From Mobula hypostoma (taxonomy: Eukaryota), in assembly GCF_963921235.1 (NCBI RefSeq), contig NC_086097.1:200758001-200822000 (forward strand): 64,000 nucleotides of DNA, in the 5' to 3' direction. Every line of letters begins with the position of its first letter. The first letter of the stretch is position 1. Under the pieces are notes generated by a model, which did not search any database, was not told where the DNA came from, and worked only from the letters and a program-made list of their open reading frames with translations. Shown here piece by piece: positions 25,481-38,605 of this stretch. The translations under genes were made by a program, and so were the position numbers.

Positions 25481-26543
25481 GACACTGTAATAGCATTACT
25501 CTATCCGCAAAGCTACCGGGTTGCCTGAGTTACACTGTAATGTGTATTAGGTAGATAACTAATATCTTGTTTGTGAACTCTGCTGCATGCACTGAATTTA
25601 CCATGGAAGATGCAAGCCTGAATGAGAGGAGGTTTGGCTTTGCTCTTTGGAGGGATAGTGCAGGGACATTATTTCAACGTGTTCATCTCTTCACTAACAC
25701 AGAGCTTGCATCCAAACATCCTTTCAGGCAGCACCTGAGATTCCAGTTGATTAATTGCCCCAGAGATACAGTAGAACTGAGAATTTCCAGTGATGCTTCT
25801 ATTTCTGTACACATGATATCTAAGGCACGGTGTATAAACCCACTTATTTATCTAGTGTGTACTGGATGTGGGTGGAAAGGCTTTATTTTCTAATATCACA
25901 TTCACAGAGCGACCTCTTCTGCTCCGGTTCTCCTCCCGCTGCTGCCTTGAGAGATGAGTGAAGGCCTTTTGGGAGAGTGACGGTATGAATTGCAAACTTG
26001 AAGCTGGGAATTTTTATGATTTTGCTTACACACATGATCAGTTTTCATCCTTACTAATATCCATTTCAGATGAATGCACATACTTACGCCTCAAGGTAGG
26101 CGGCATTTCAAGAAGCCAACTCACCACTACTTTCTTAAGGGCAATTGGGATGAGCAATTCATTGCCGGCTCAGCCTGTGAGCCCACGATTATTATAATAT
26201 TATAAATTATAATAATCTCTGATGGCTCAATGAGGTAAGATTCTATCACAAGATAGGTAAGATTCCCATCTCTCCTTCAGATGCTGTGTATTCTAATTTC
26301 CCAGCTATCTCTATAGCTTCCTTTTAAGTCAGTTTTAGTGGCTGATGGCTGGAGGACCACCTCAACCCCTCTGCTCCTCTCCAGTTTTCTGCACCTTCTT
26401 CTGGAAGAAAGGAAAGGAAAGACTGGAGAGTGAGAAGGATGCTGTACGGCACAGGTGGATGGAAGCAGTGTGTGTGTTCAAGCTAGGTATCAATGAGAGT
26501 CATGATCCTGAAAACAGATGAGACCGATGTCAGAAAAGTTGCC

Positions 26544-26680
26544 CAGTCCTGATGAAGGGTCTTGTTCTGAAATATTGACCCTGTATTCCTATCCACAGAT
26601 ACAGCCTGACCTGTTGAGTTAATCAAGAATTTCATGTGTGTTACTCTGGATTTCCACCATCTGCAGGACCTTTTGTGTTT
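26544..26680 (+). mobile_element. Penelope-like terminal-repeat fragment with degenerate hammerhead motif
   Basis: cagtc-CTGATGAA-gggtcttgttct-GAAAT-att-gacc followed by the family tail. Confidence 0.7.
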
Positions 26681-26799
26681 ATGCTCCACTGATGAAGATG
26701 TGATCAAGCTCATATACAGAGAGGGGTATGTCCACATGCAAGAAAATGTGGTGTGAGATCTGATGTGTTATAATAGAATTAAAAGGGAAGAGTAAGGAA

Positions 26800-27035
26800 C
26801 TTAGATTTGCCTGCACACCTGGGTACTTGTTCTGTTGTGCCCAGCTTTGCTGATCTGGAGCACGGAATTGCGCTCTTGTTGTTGTCTTTACAAATACCTC
26901 CAGGCAAGACTTCACCATGTCAGATACAGGATTCTTTCTCCCATCGGTAGGGAATATGAGGCCCCTGTATCCCATTGCTGCCTTCAATACAACATCTGGC
27001 AAAGCTTCAGTGAATCTGGGGTGGCAACTCATTTG
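26800..27035 (-). pseudogene. Degenerate Myb/SANT-like ORF, probable PIF/Harbinger transposon remnant
   Basis: HPRFTEALPDVVLKAAMGYRGLIFPTDGRK...KSCLEV resembles the PRF...LF...W.EV pattern of Harbinger Myb/SANT proteins; the conserved tryptophans are lost. Confidence 0.45.
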
Positions 27036-27469
27036 TCCACTGTCCCTTTACTTCTGCTCATTTGTAGTGTATCCAGAACCCATCAAACGTAATGCTTGAA
27101 CTGTGCCTTTAAAAAACCCAAGTTGAAATTGATGCATGCCTGTTGTCATCGTGTCTGTTCTGCCTAATTGGTCAGAAAACCAGAACTAATGTAAGTGGAG
27201 CAGCTGAGAAATGCTGCCTAGAATTAAAAAAAAAACAGGTGTCCCACCCACAAGAAAGACTCCCCAAACTATTTTCATTGCATTGCAAAATTAAAATCAA
27301 CTCTCACAGCAATGCAGTTTCAAGACCAAAATGTTCATTGAGCATGTAGTGTCCCCAGTACCACAGTGATTGACTCGTAATCATTGGAAAGGCAGATGAA
27401 AAAAAATGTTTCAGCAACAAGTTCAATTAGAAAGTTCTGTTGCAGCTTTAGAAAAGTCTGTTTAGACTA

Positions 27470-28112
27470 CATGACCATAAGATATAGGAGCAGAACTAGG
27501 CCATGTGGCCCAATGAGTCTGTTCCACCATTTCATCATGGTTAATTCATCTTCCCTCTTAGCCTCAATCTCCAGCCTGGTCCCTGACCAATCAAGAATCT
27601 ATCAACCTCTGCCTTAATGTGGTTAGGCTACATCTGGAGTATTGCATTTAGTTCTGGTCACTCCATTATGGGAAGGATATGAAGGCTCAGGATGCTCTCT
27701 GGATTAGCCATATGCTATAAGGATCGGAAAACTAGAGTTGTTTTATCTGGACTGAGTGAGGCCAAGAGGAGGTGATAGAGTACAAGGCTGGTCTTCTTTT
27801 CCAGGGGTCAAAGTGTCTGATATGCATTTAAGGCAAGAGGTGGAAAGTTCAATGGAGATGTGTGGGACTGGTTTATTTTTATACAGAAAGTTATGAGGGA
27901 CTGGAATGAGTTTCCAGGGCTGGTGGCAGAGGCAGGTACAACAGAAGCATTTGAGGGGCTCTTAGATAGGCACATGTCTATACAGAGAATAGAGGCATAT
28001 GGGCCATGTACAGGCAGGAGAAATAAGCTTAATTAGACATCCTTAGTCGAGCACAACATGGGCTGAAGTGCCTGTTTCTGTGCTGTACTGTTCTATGTTC
28101 AATGTTCTAATG
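27470..28112. mobile_element. CR1 3' fragments (minus-strand tail to about 27617, then plus-strand 3' end)
   Basis: gaccataagatataggagcagaa tail; plus-strand RT C-terminus ending ctgtactgttctatgttcaatgttcta. Confidence 0.7.
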
Positions 28113-28433
28113 CTTAAGTTGACAGGGAAATCATTACCTGGTAAAATCATGGTATTAAGCAGGTGTTGATAATTGGCAAGTTATCCATGCAGTTTCTATA
28201 TTTTAATGATATAGTTAGAGCTAAACCCGATAAATGTATCCTGGTTTCATCCAATGGACAAGAGCAAATCTACAGCAAATCCATTGTAATGTAAATGCAC
28301 TGATAGTGGCTTCAGGCTTAACACCTCCCTGTTTTTCTCCTAAATACAATATATAGTTGGGCTTCCAATAATGTGGCCCATCTCATATATAAAATCTTCA
28401 TAATCCAGTACCTTCATCATCAGTAAAGCACAC

Positions 28434-28592
28434 CTTTTAAATGGTTTCCCCCAATAGCGTACAGACGATCATTCACCACTGCCAGAACGTGAATGGCCCG
28501 TTTGGTGTTCATGTCTTGTTTCCTGGCCCATACGTCCATGATTGGGTCATAGCAGTACAGCCATGACACATATTCACCATTGTGAACGCCTC
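28434..28592 (-). CDS. KLHL14: KLHL14 coding exon (159 nt)
   Basis: ttgcag|GA GGC GTT...TTA AAA G|gtgtgc; translates to GVHNGEYVSWLYCYDPIMDVWARKQDMNTKRAIHVLAVVNDRLYAIGGNHLK(G). Overlaps ORF 28420..28626. Confidence 0.97.
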
Positions 28593-29929
28593 CTGCAAGC
28601 AATAATCCATCATCAATATTGGACAATATTTCACTTTACATATGATGTTTCCATTTTACTAAGAGAATGTACTTTCTCATTGAACACTAGAAATATGGAA
28701 CATAGGTGTACAATGATAAATAACCTGGAAATTATTGCAACTGATATTATATGAATGGCAAATGCTCACATCAAATTTCTTCCTCTGCTAATTTACCACA
28801 AGTGTTTTGTCAATTAAGAATGACAAGTTAATGTCTTGGTTAAGATAGTGGAGACAGTAATTTAATACAAGCTTTATGTGAGAGCACTGGGATTGATACT
28901 CTGACAAGAATATTCATTAAGGACAAAAGATAAATCTTCATCATAATCTCTCATCAAGGAATTGCATAGGGTTTACTATCTAGTCTATGCTTTGGAGTTA
29001 ATAATGTCTAAATTCAGCTCACCAAACAGTTCTGTACAAACCAGTTTAATTATTTCTGCAACCTCCTTTCAGTCATTGAGTGAGTGAATTATCTTTTTTT
29101 TCTAACATTCAAAAGTCAGTTAACAAAATTATGAACAAAAAATGTTTATGATCATTATAATTCTAGTTAACAGCTTTTAAACTTGTGTAAGAAAATAATT
29201 AAAATAAGTACATGAATGTGTATGAACTTAATTAAAAGATGGAATTGACTGACTAAATAAATAATGAACGTAGAAGGACAGTTCTGTATTTTAGCTTTTG
29301 ATTATAAATTTGCTGATTATAAATTTACAATTCGGATCAGTGCCTGAGATTGTTATGAATTAGAAAGATTGAAGATTATACTTCCTGGATTGCTTACAAG
29401 AAAATACCATAACATAATCGGTTCAATGAATTGATTAAATATTAAATGTACATGCTTCTCATTTATAATGTATTCAGATCTGATATGTCCAGTTTATGAC
29501 CTGGCACTTTGGTGTTGGGTAGCACAATGACCTGACTCATACAAGGTGAGGAATATTCAGAAATCAAATAGAAAATAGAAGATAGATGGCAGTATTAAAT
29601 AAAGATATTTCATAGCTTTGAATAGAAAGGCATGTTTGAGGATTCAAAACAGAATCTTTTTGATTGTTGTGTGGAGATTAAATTACTAGAGTAGTAATTC
29701 AGGGACTGAGTTCAAATCATAGTAGCCATGGAATTTAAATCCAGGTTAATAATCCTGAAGTTAAAAAAATCACTAATAATGACAATCTCAGAATTACAAG
29801 ATGGTTGCAAACTCCATTCAGTTCATTAATGTCCCTCAGAGAAGGAAATCTGCCTCTTTACCTAATCTAGCCCAAGTATGAATCTAGACTAACACAAACA
29901 TGATTAAATACTCTCTGAGTTGATCCAGT

Positions 29930-30158
29930 AATATAACAATATAACCATACAACAATTACAGCATGGAAACAGGCCATCTGGACCCTTCTAGTCCGTGCCG
30001 AACTCTTACTCTCACCTAGTCCCACCGACCTGCACTCAGCCCATAACCCTCCATTCCTTTCCTGTCCATATATCTATCCAATTTATCTTTAAATGACAAC
30101 ATCAAATCTGCCTCAACCACTCCTGCTGGAAGCTCGTTCCACACAGCTACCACTCTCT
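29930..30158 (-). mobile_element. CR1 3' end
   Basis: Tandem tail (atataac...) plus the CR1 3' UTR stem region gaaacaggcc. Confidence 0.75.
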
Positions 30159-31931
30159 TGAAATCCTCGAAATCTACACATTTCAAGGATAATTAAAAAA
30201 CGGAATAAATACTGGCCTTGGCAGTGACACCCAGACTCTGGAAAAGTGGATAAATAGAAAATAATGAAGAAGCAGTAGAGGAGCTCGAGGTGCTCATTGT
30301 ACACCATTAGGCATCAAATGGAAAGCATGCCTATACCACCAAATGAACCATCAAGTTTACAGATGACACCACAGTGATTGGATTAATTACAAAAGCAATG
30401 AAAGAGCATACAGAGGTGCAGAAACATCTTCTGCTGGATGGTAGGAGATTGAACAGGATGAGTCCATCATGATTTTGTGAGCCTGCCATAGCTAGATGGT
30501 TTCCATATCTGGTAGTTGTTGTCCCAATGATGTTCTGTGCTGTCGTGATCACTCACTGAAGTGCTTTTTGGTCAATCTTGTTGCAGCTAGTGTACCATAC
30601 TGTCATGCAGTAGATCACCTGTACAATCTTGGACCATCCAGCAGGACATACAAAAACATCTCTGCATGGTTATCCAGAATGAAAAACAGAATTTTCCCTA
30701 GGGCTGCTGTGTAACTGAACAATGTCCCATTTTAGAGTTGTTCGTTTTTAATTCAGTTGTAACTTAGCTGTCACTCTAAATAACTCAGACATTGTTTTAA
30801 AGTTAGTCATTGTGTTCTTAGTAATTGAATTGCCAGAGTGCTGGTTTGCCCTGAATGGAGAAGCACTGTAATCTCATTGTCCTCAGCAATGACGATAAAC
30901 CTCTAATGAACAAACTAACCAACTAGTTCTAGGCAAACAGGAGAAAGATGCATGAACTCATAGTAGAGACTTGGGAACTTCAGAAATCCTGTTATAAGTT
31001 GGGAAAATTGTACTGTGGGTACTTTGGGTTCATAGTTCAGAGAAAAACCAAATTCCAAACACAAAAGTACTGAGAAGAACTGTAAAAGGAAATGAGGGAC
31101 AAGGAGAGAGTTCAAACACAAAATAAAGGGCAGTATAAAAGTAGATCCCAAAGTCTTTTATTAATGCATCTAAAGTAAAATCATGGAAGCCAAAGGCCTG
31201 GCTGAAATGTTGCGTTTCTATTGCTATGTTGCTGTGATGGTTCAGCAATGCTTTTCATTACACTTGTGGTCAGATGTACTTGTGCAGGTTCTTGTGCAAT
31301 AAAACGATAACATTCTTGTAGGAGTAAGTATAGAAGATAAAGTATAAATGATAAAAATAGATGAAAAAACACCCATTAAAATGATTTTCCTTTTTCTCTT
31401 TGCCCTTAATGCTAATACTTGCAGAATTTTCTTTGCAGCTATTTCATTCTGTAAAACATTTAATTGCATGTTGTTTCCACACTGTCTCCATTACTCCTTC
31501 ATTCTTTAACAAAGCACTAAGTCATATATTGATTCTATATGGTCTTAAGTAAAGTGGGATAGTATTTTACCGCCACACAAAATTGCACAGTTAAAGCAAT
31601 TATCATGTCACAGAACAAATTGCTGGAAAACTCAATGGGTCAAACAGCATTTATGGAGGCAGAGGGATAGTTAATATTTCAGATCAAGACCCTGCTGCTG
31701 GATCTGGTACAAGATCTCTTCCCAAAACATTGATTTTCCCTTCTCTTCCACTCATGTTGCTTAAGTTGCTAGGTTCCATCAGTTTGTTTTTGTCTCCATA
31801 TTCCACCGCCTGCAGCCTCCCTTGTGTCTCCAATTCTCATACTACGTGGCCACAACCATTTTTGGGAGGGCAAAACTATGTTTGGTGTGTGTTTCATTTA
31901 GATGCCACTGGGAAGTTTTGGGTTTCATATT

Positions 31932-32096
31932 CACAAAATAATCTGCAGATGCTGGGCCCAAAGCAACACTCACAACAAGCTGGAGGAACTCAGCAGGTCA
32001 TCCTGACGAAGGGTTCTGGCCTGAAACGTCGACCGATCTTTTCCACGGATGCTGCCCGACCTGCTGAGTTCCTCCAGCTTGTTGTGAGTGTTGCTT
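31932..32096. mobile_element. Inverted mini Penelope-like insertion with target-site duplication
   Basis: Perfect 39-bp inverted repeat at 31961-31999 and 32058-32096. Flanking direct repeat ttgggtttcatatt at 31918-31931 and 32095-32108. Confidence 0.85.
32001..32035 (+). ncRNA. Minimal hammerhead ribozyme-like motif
   Basis: tc-CTGACGA-A-gggt(tctg)gcct-GAAAC-GTC-gaccg. The core is intact, but stem I is shortened by the inversion junction. Confidence 0.6.
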
Positions 32097-32111
32097 GGGT
32101 TTCATATTAAC

Positions 32112-32378
32112 CACAGTGGCATGGCAACCCTATTACAGGTTGAAGCTCAGAGTTCAACTCCGATGCCTTCTGTAAGAATTTTGTATGTCCTTCCCGTGAG
32201 CATGTGGGTTTCCTCCGGGTGCTCCAGTTTCCTCCCTTGTTCCAAAGACGTACTGGTTAGTATGTTAAATAATCAGTGTAAATTGTCCTCTGATTAGGCA
32301 AGGGTTAACTAGGTGGTTTGCTGGGTGGAGCAGCTCATACAGTTCCATAATGCATCTCTAAATAAATAAATCAATCAA
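32112..32378 (+). mobile_element. tRNA-derived SINE (V-SINE/HE1-like)
   Basis: B box gagttcaactcc, core tgggtttcctccgggtgctccagtttcctccc, (AAAT)n tail. Confidence 0.75.
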
Positions 32379-33479
32379 ACACAGCTGCAGCCTATTGGCA
32401 GACTATTCAAGTCCCCTGCTAAGCACAATAGCCAAGTGCGCCTGTGAGTGACAAATGATCTCAATGGGGTGAAGTTCTGTCTTACTATGGCTAAGAATGC
32501 CTTGCTTGGTTATTATTGACCACTGGACAATGTATGGTATAAATGAATAGTTTTTAGTTGCAGGATATCTATTTTTAGCTGAGAAAATAGTGGTCTGGCC
32601 GACAGTTGATTATTTCATTCAGAATCACATCCTCCTGCTGAGCACATTACAGTCCTAATTACACTGTATAGTAGTATGTAATATGGGAGGGTCATATCAA
32701 TGTCAAGAAGCAGAAGGTCATTAGTATCTGGTTTAGAATCCTTGATCAGAGTAGATTGCTAGCAGGGTTTTGAGCCCATTTTGTGAACCCAGTTCTTCTT
32801 TGGCACATTCACGAAGCTTTGATTGCATTTTATGTTTTAATTGAATATGCATAGTGATTTTTAACAAAGTCATTCAAAAATTGTCTTTCTTTTAATGGAT
32901 GTTCCTTGAGCTGCTCTATAATTTCAGAATTTTGATTTGATTTCCTATTCTAACAATTTCTGTTAATCCCCTTTTTTTCCAACTAAATACTGGAAACAAA
33001 ATCAATTGCAAAAGAGCCAGGGAATGATTCCAACTGGGTTGCCTTTGTAACATGCCAGCAAGGCTGAAGGCCTCCTGCTGCACTCTAACAAATGTACGAT
33101 TGCATGATTTTTTGTGATTGATGGGTTTCTTTTTGCAGTGCCAAGTCTGAATTGCTCATTTACTGTTGCCCAGGCAAAAGGGAATGCAATTTACTATAAC
33201 ATTCAAAACATTGGTTTGCCCAGTATATGAGAACTCTGATTTTCATCCCTGCTGACAGTGAGGTATTTTGCCTCTTTCCAACAGTGTTCTCCCACAAAAT
33301 GCAGTAGGGAACATTTGAGTAGCTGCAACATTAATCTAATCTTATCTTCTAGAAATCAACCGTTCTCAGATTTAAACTGCTCCACTGACAGTTATTACTA
33401 ATGCTCAAAGCTCTAGAGTTCCTTCCTAAACCATGTAGCTTTTGGCTCCATTTCCTTCAAGATGACAATATCAAATCAG

Positions 33480-35135
33480 ATAATGAAAGGGAAACTTTGT
33501 TTGATTAATTTATTGGAGTTCATTGAAGGAGTAATATATGTTGTAGATGAAGGGAAACTTCAGCCGCAGGGTGGCTAATGTGTAGAATTAGCTGCAGGCA
33601 GTCATTTAAGGCAGAGACTGACAGATTCTTGATTTGTAAGGGAGTTAAGGGTTACAGAGAGGTGTGAGAATGTCAGTCAGAAGGAAAATCAGCTACAATG
33701 GAATGGAAGATCAGGTTTGATGGGCTGAATGGTCTAACTCTGCTGCTATGTCTTATGGGCTTATGGTAAGGAGAGAAGTTTAGCTGATGAACAGGAAACC
33801 AAGGGTTGTCATGAATGGGTATTTTTCTAGTCAGCAAGAGAAGTGAGCAGATGCTGAAAAGCGAAATAACAAATGAGTGAAGAGCCAAGTGTATGGTTGT
33901 GAAATATGCTGTTGACTAAAGAGCAAGTAAGAAAGTAAGTTTTCAAGAAGCTATAGGGAAGCAAAACAAAGGGTTAATTGAGTGCTTGAGGATATGGGAA
34001 ATGGAGTGTAAAACACGAAAATGTGAAACTCTTCATTTGGCAGGAAAAATAAGAAAAGGCACATTATCTAAATTATAAGAGATTGCAGAGATCTGAGATG
34101 CAGAGGATGTTTTAGTTTATGATTCACGAAAAATCTGCCAAGCTCTTCTGGCAAATAAGGAGGAAAGATAGCAGAATGTTATTGTTTATTGACTGGAGAA
34201 TTGAGTTCAAAAATAGGGAGATTATGCTTTAGATATAATAGGTGTTGGTGAGACCACATCTGGAGTGCTTTGGATAGCACTGGTCTCCTTTGTTGAAAGC
34301 AGTTCAGCAAGTATTTATTAGGCTACCACATGGAATATGTTAGCTGTCTGTGAAGGAGATGTCAGAAATGTTTGCTTCTATCTGTTGGAGTTTAAAAGAC
34401 TGAGTGGTGATTTGACTGAAACATGTAAGATCCTGAGGGGTCTTAACAAACTAGATGTGGGGGTCCTCAGAGATTTCTTGCATCGACACCCCAAGTTTTC
34501 TTCCCCAATAATATGATTCTGAAGTCTTCAGCAGCTTTTTGATAACCCTTTCATATCCTCTATGTTAATTAATCTCATCAACTACTTCAGAACCCACTTT
34601 CCTTAATTTTTAAGTACTTCTTCTACCTTGCTCTAATCACCTCCCACTACCAACTCCTTCCCAGTTCAATCTACTCCCCAATCTCAACTCCAGCCCTTTT
34701 CAACCCTGAAATCCTGTCCTTGCACCGTGCCATCTGCGTCTACTTTACTTGGAGAAGTGGCCAAGAGAGAGCGGATGAAAGAGAGGAAAGTAAAATAATG
34801 ACGGGTGTGGGTAAGGTAGACTTTCCCTTAGCAGGAGTAGAAAAAAACTCAAGGACATATATCAGGGTAAGGGTTTAGAGATTCAGAAGATGTCTTGGAG
34901 GGACCTTGTTGACACAGATTGAGGTGAGTACCTGAAATGCTCTGCCTGGGAGAGTTATGCAAGCGGGTGCCATTTAAAAAGAGTCTAGATAAGCACTTGA
35001 ATCAGCCAGGCATAGAAGACTATGAGCCAAATGCTAGAAGATAGGGTTAACTCAAATGGGTATTCACTGGTTGGTGTGTACATGGTGGGCCAAGTGTCCT
35101 TTTCAATGCTGCATGGCCCATTTCCATGCGATATG
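33480..35135 (+). mobile_element. Cluster of old CR1 RT and 3' fragments
   Basis: Degenerate homology to 43560-44832, for example ttggtgagaccacatctggagtg. Confidence 0.6.
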
Positions 35136-35732
35136 ATGCTATGATTCAGCTCCTGTCTACATTCCTTCCTGATTCCCACTGTTTTTTTTTCTACAACTCT
35201 GCCTCACCCAACACATCTCCTACTGTATAACTTCAGAAGTTGCTGATTCTAATACAAATAATTTATAACATGTTGAGCATTTTAGAACATCAGCCTCATA
35301 CAACCTCACACTAAGCTGTCCTGTACCCAGTCATGCAATAGATTTAAAGATTTGAAATGTTAACTACATTTGTCTTTCCATAGCTGCTGCCTGGTTTGCT
35401 GTGTATTTTCACCACCTTGTGTTTTATTTCAGATATCCAACTTCCGTATTCTTCCCCATTTTACTTTTCCCTTTGTGTCATATGTTTTACTGTTTGATTG
35501 AATTTCTTGTCATTTGGTGTGTTATTAATTGATTTTAAATAAATTTATTTTACTGGATGAATGAGCTATACTAGTTCAGCCCATACTAAAAATATTTCTT
35601 GCAATTCAGCTTGTTTGTACTGTAACCTTGCTTATGAAATTTGTAATACAGAAATTCACTATTGGTTGTGCTCTCTTGATTACTCCAAATTCCTTTGAAC
35701 TGGAATGGTAGAAATATTTAAGGCATCAAAAT

Positions 35733-36810
35733 CAAAGTTCAAAAGCTCAAAGTAAATGTATTATCAATGTACATATATGTCACCATATACAAGCCTGAGA
35801 TTTATTTTATTGTGGTAATCATAGTAAGAACAAGAAACACAATAGAATCAATGAAAGACCACACCCATCAGGGTGGACAACCAACTAAAAAAAACAATCC
35901 GTGCAAATGCAAAGAGAAAGAGGAAAAAGAAATAATAATACTAATAATAAATAAATAAGCAATAAACATAGAGAAGTTGAGATGAATAGTGCTTGAATCT
36001 GAGTTCAGTTCAGTGGGAATAGTTCAGTGATGGAGTGAGTAAAGTTGAGTGAAATTATCTCTCTGACTGTTCCTGAACCTGGTGGTGTGGGTCCTGAGGC
36101 TACTGTATCTTCTTTCTGATAGCAGCAGTGAGAAGAGAGCCTGGCCTGGACGGTGGAGTCCTTGATGATGCATGCTACTTTCCTACAACAGTGCTCCTTG
36201 TAGATGTGCTTAATGGTGAGGTGGGCTTTTACCCATATCCACTATTTTTTGTAGGCTTTTTCGTACAAGGGCATTGGTGTTTCTATACCAGGCTGTGATG
36301 CAGCCAGTCAGTATACTCTCCACCACACATCTATAGAAGTTTGCCAAAAGTTTTAGATGATATGTCGAATCTTCATAAACTTATAAGAAAGTAGAAACGT
36401 TGCAGTACTTTCTTTGTAATGGCATTCACATGCTGGACCCAGCACAGATACTCTGAAATTATAACACTGAGGAATTTAAAGTTCCACCACTGATCCCCAA
36501 ATGAGGACTAGCTCATGGACCACTGGCTTCATCCTCCTAAAGTCAATATCAGCTCCTGGGTCTCGCTGACATTGAGTGAGAGGTTGTTGTTGTGGCACTA
36601 CTCAACCAGGTTTTCAACCTCCCTCCTAAATGCTGATTTGTCACCACTCTTGGCAATAGTGCCATCAGCAAACTTGAATATGGCATTGGAGTTGTGTTTA
36701 GCCTCCCTCACAGGCATAAGTATTAAGTGAGTAGAACAGGGGGCTAAGTACACAGCCTTGTGGTGCACCTGTGCTGAGGAGATATTGTTGCCAATCTGAA
36801 GTGACTGGGG
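35733..36810 (-). mobile_element. Rex1/Babar LINE 3' fragment
   Basis: Antisense RT (ccatcagcaaacttgaat encodes FKFADG; ccttgtggtgcacctgtg encodes TGAPQG) and tail aaagttcaaaagctcaaagtaaatg. Confidence 0.85.
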
Positions 36811-36909
36811 AAGGAATGGACAAACTTGCTTTTAGAGGTCGTCGGAATTGAACTCTGAACTCTGATGCCCAAACTGTAATTACATCGCGCTAAATGCTAA
36901 GCTACTACA

Positions 36910-37479
36910 TGTAACACGCTGTAAGGTTTCACTGCTAATGTAATAGCCTCTCTGTAATGTTTCACTGCTAAGGCTAATGTAATGGTTTCTCTGTAGCAGC
37001 AACATTTGGGTTATGACTAGAGATAACGGGGCATGTTAGCAATTAGTGGGATGTTGTCCTTTCTTGTGTGTCTGGGAGCACGGATTTTGCCGTCTTTTGT
37101 CGGGGAGAGAGGACGCGAATGGAAAGAGTTGGTAGACCACTGGATGGAGTGGTCTGAGGAGTGAGGGTCCAAGGGTCAGCTATGCTTGGAGAAGGACGAC
37201 GGAAACAAATGGACTGAGCAGTGAGCTCCAACGTTTGCACATTAGACTGTTTCATGAGAATGGGCACTTTTCATTTTTTTGTTTCTTTACTAACCATATG
37301 GTCAAATGAAGAATTATAAAGCTCAATCGTTTAATTGTGTACTGTTTGTTATTTTGTGGTACTGATTTGAAACAGGAGAGACATCGCACAGCATCCATCC
37401 AAATGAGATTTCTTAAGTTTGGCCAGGCTGGGGGGCTATCATCCCCTAGATTAAGCCACTAGCCGAACTGAGGTTTACA
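36910..37479. mobile_element. Solo LTR (Gypsy-like), 570 bp
   Basis: TGTAAC...TTTACA termini with a 4-bp target-site duplication taca/taca. Homologous to 63535-64000. Confidence 0.85.
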
Positions 37480-38111
37480 TACAGCCAGATATTCAGTAGA
37501 GATGACTGCTCATAAAGATATGATTTAGTGATACTACTGAAAGGCAGAGCCAAAATGTCTAATAGTATTTCACCCTGTTAACATACCTCACCATCATCAT
37601 AGTACTGCTGTTGACTCATTCACCAACAAATGATAAATTTGCAGAAACTGTCCAGGATTCTGGATTAAATGGTTAGTGGTAACCGTTACGTACATATGGT
37701 TATTACACAGTAACAGACTTGGTGATGGAAATGTTCTTTTAAGTTGATTTTTGTTTAGGCTATGACCATAAGACCATAAAACATAGAAACAGAATTATGC
37801 CATTTGGCCCATCAAGTCTTTTCTAGCATTTCATCATGACTGATCCATTTTCCCTCTCAACCCCATTCTCTTGTCTTCTCCCTGTAACCTTTCATGCCTG
37901 ATTAATCAATAACATATCTAACTCCACCTTAAAAGATCCAGCCTCCACAGCCTGTGGCAACAAATTCCACAGATTCACTACTCTCTGACTAAAGAAATTC
38001 CTTCTCATCTCCTTTCCAAGTGGACGTCCCTCTATTCTCAGGCTGTGCTCTCTGGTCTTCACTCTTCTATGTCCAAATTAAGTGTTCAGATCGATGCCAG
38101 ATGATCCATTC

Positions 38112-38605
38112 ACAAACAAGAGAAAATCTGCAGACGCTGGAAATCCAAGCAGCACACACAAAATGCTAGAGGAACTCTGCAGGCCAGGCAGCATTATAGA
38201 AAAGAGTATAGTTGATATTTCAGGCTGAGACCTTTCATCAGGACTAGAGAAAAAAAGATGACAAGTCAGAGAGGAGATAGAAACACAAGGTGATAGGTGA
38301 AATTGGGAGAGGGAGGGGTGAAGTAAAGAGCTGGGAAGTTGATTGGTGAAAGAGAAACAGAGCTGGAGAAGGGAAAATCTAATAGGAGAGGACAAAAAGA
38401 AAAGGAGGAGGAGCACCAGAGGGAGGCGATGGGCAGATAGGGAGATACAGAGAAAGAAGGAAAAAAGAATGAGGAATGGTGAAGGGGGGTGGGTCATTAC
38501 TGAAAGTTCAAGAATTTGATATTCATACCATCAGTTTGGAGGCTACCCAGATGGAATATAAGGTATTGCTCCTCCAACCTGAGTGTATCCTCATCATGAC
38601 AGTAG
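38112..38605 (-). mobile_element. Penelope-like element 3' end (GIY-YIG C-terminus plus terminal repeat)
   Basis: Minus strand reads YCHDEDTLRLEEQYLIFHLGSLQTDGMNIKFLNFQ*, then a pyrimidine-rich tract and a hammerhead-like motif at 38209-38246 (tagtc-CTGATGAA-aggt(ctca)gcct-GAAAT-ATC-aacta). Confidence 0.85.
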
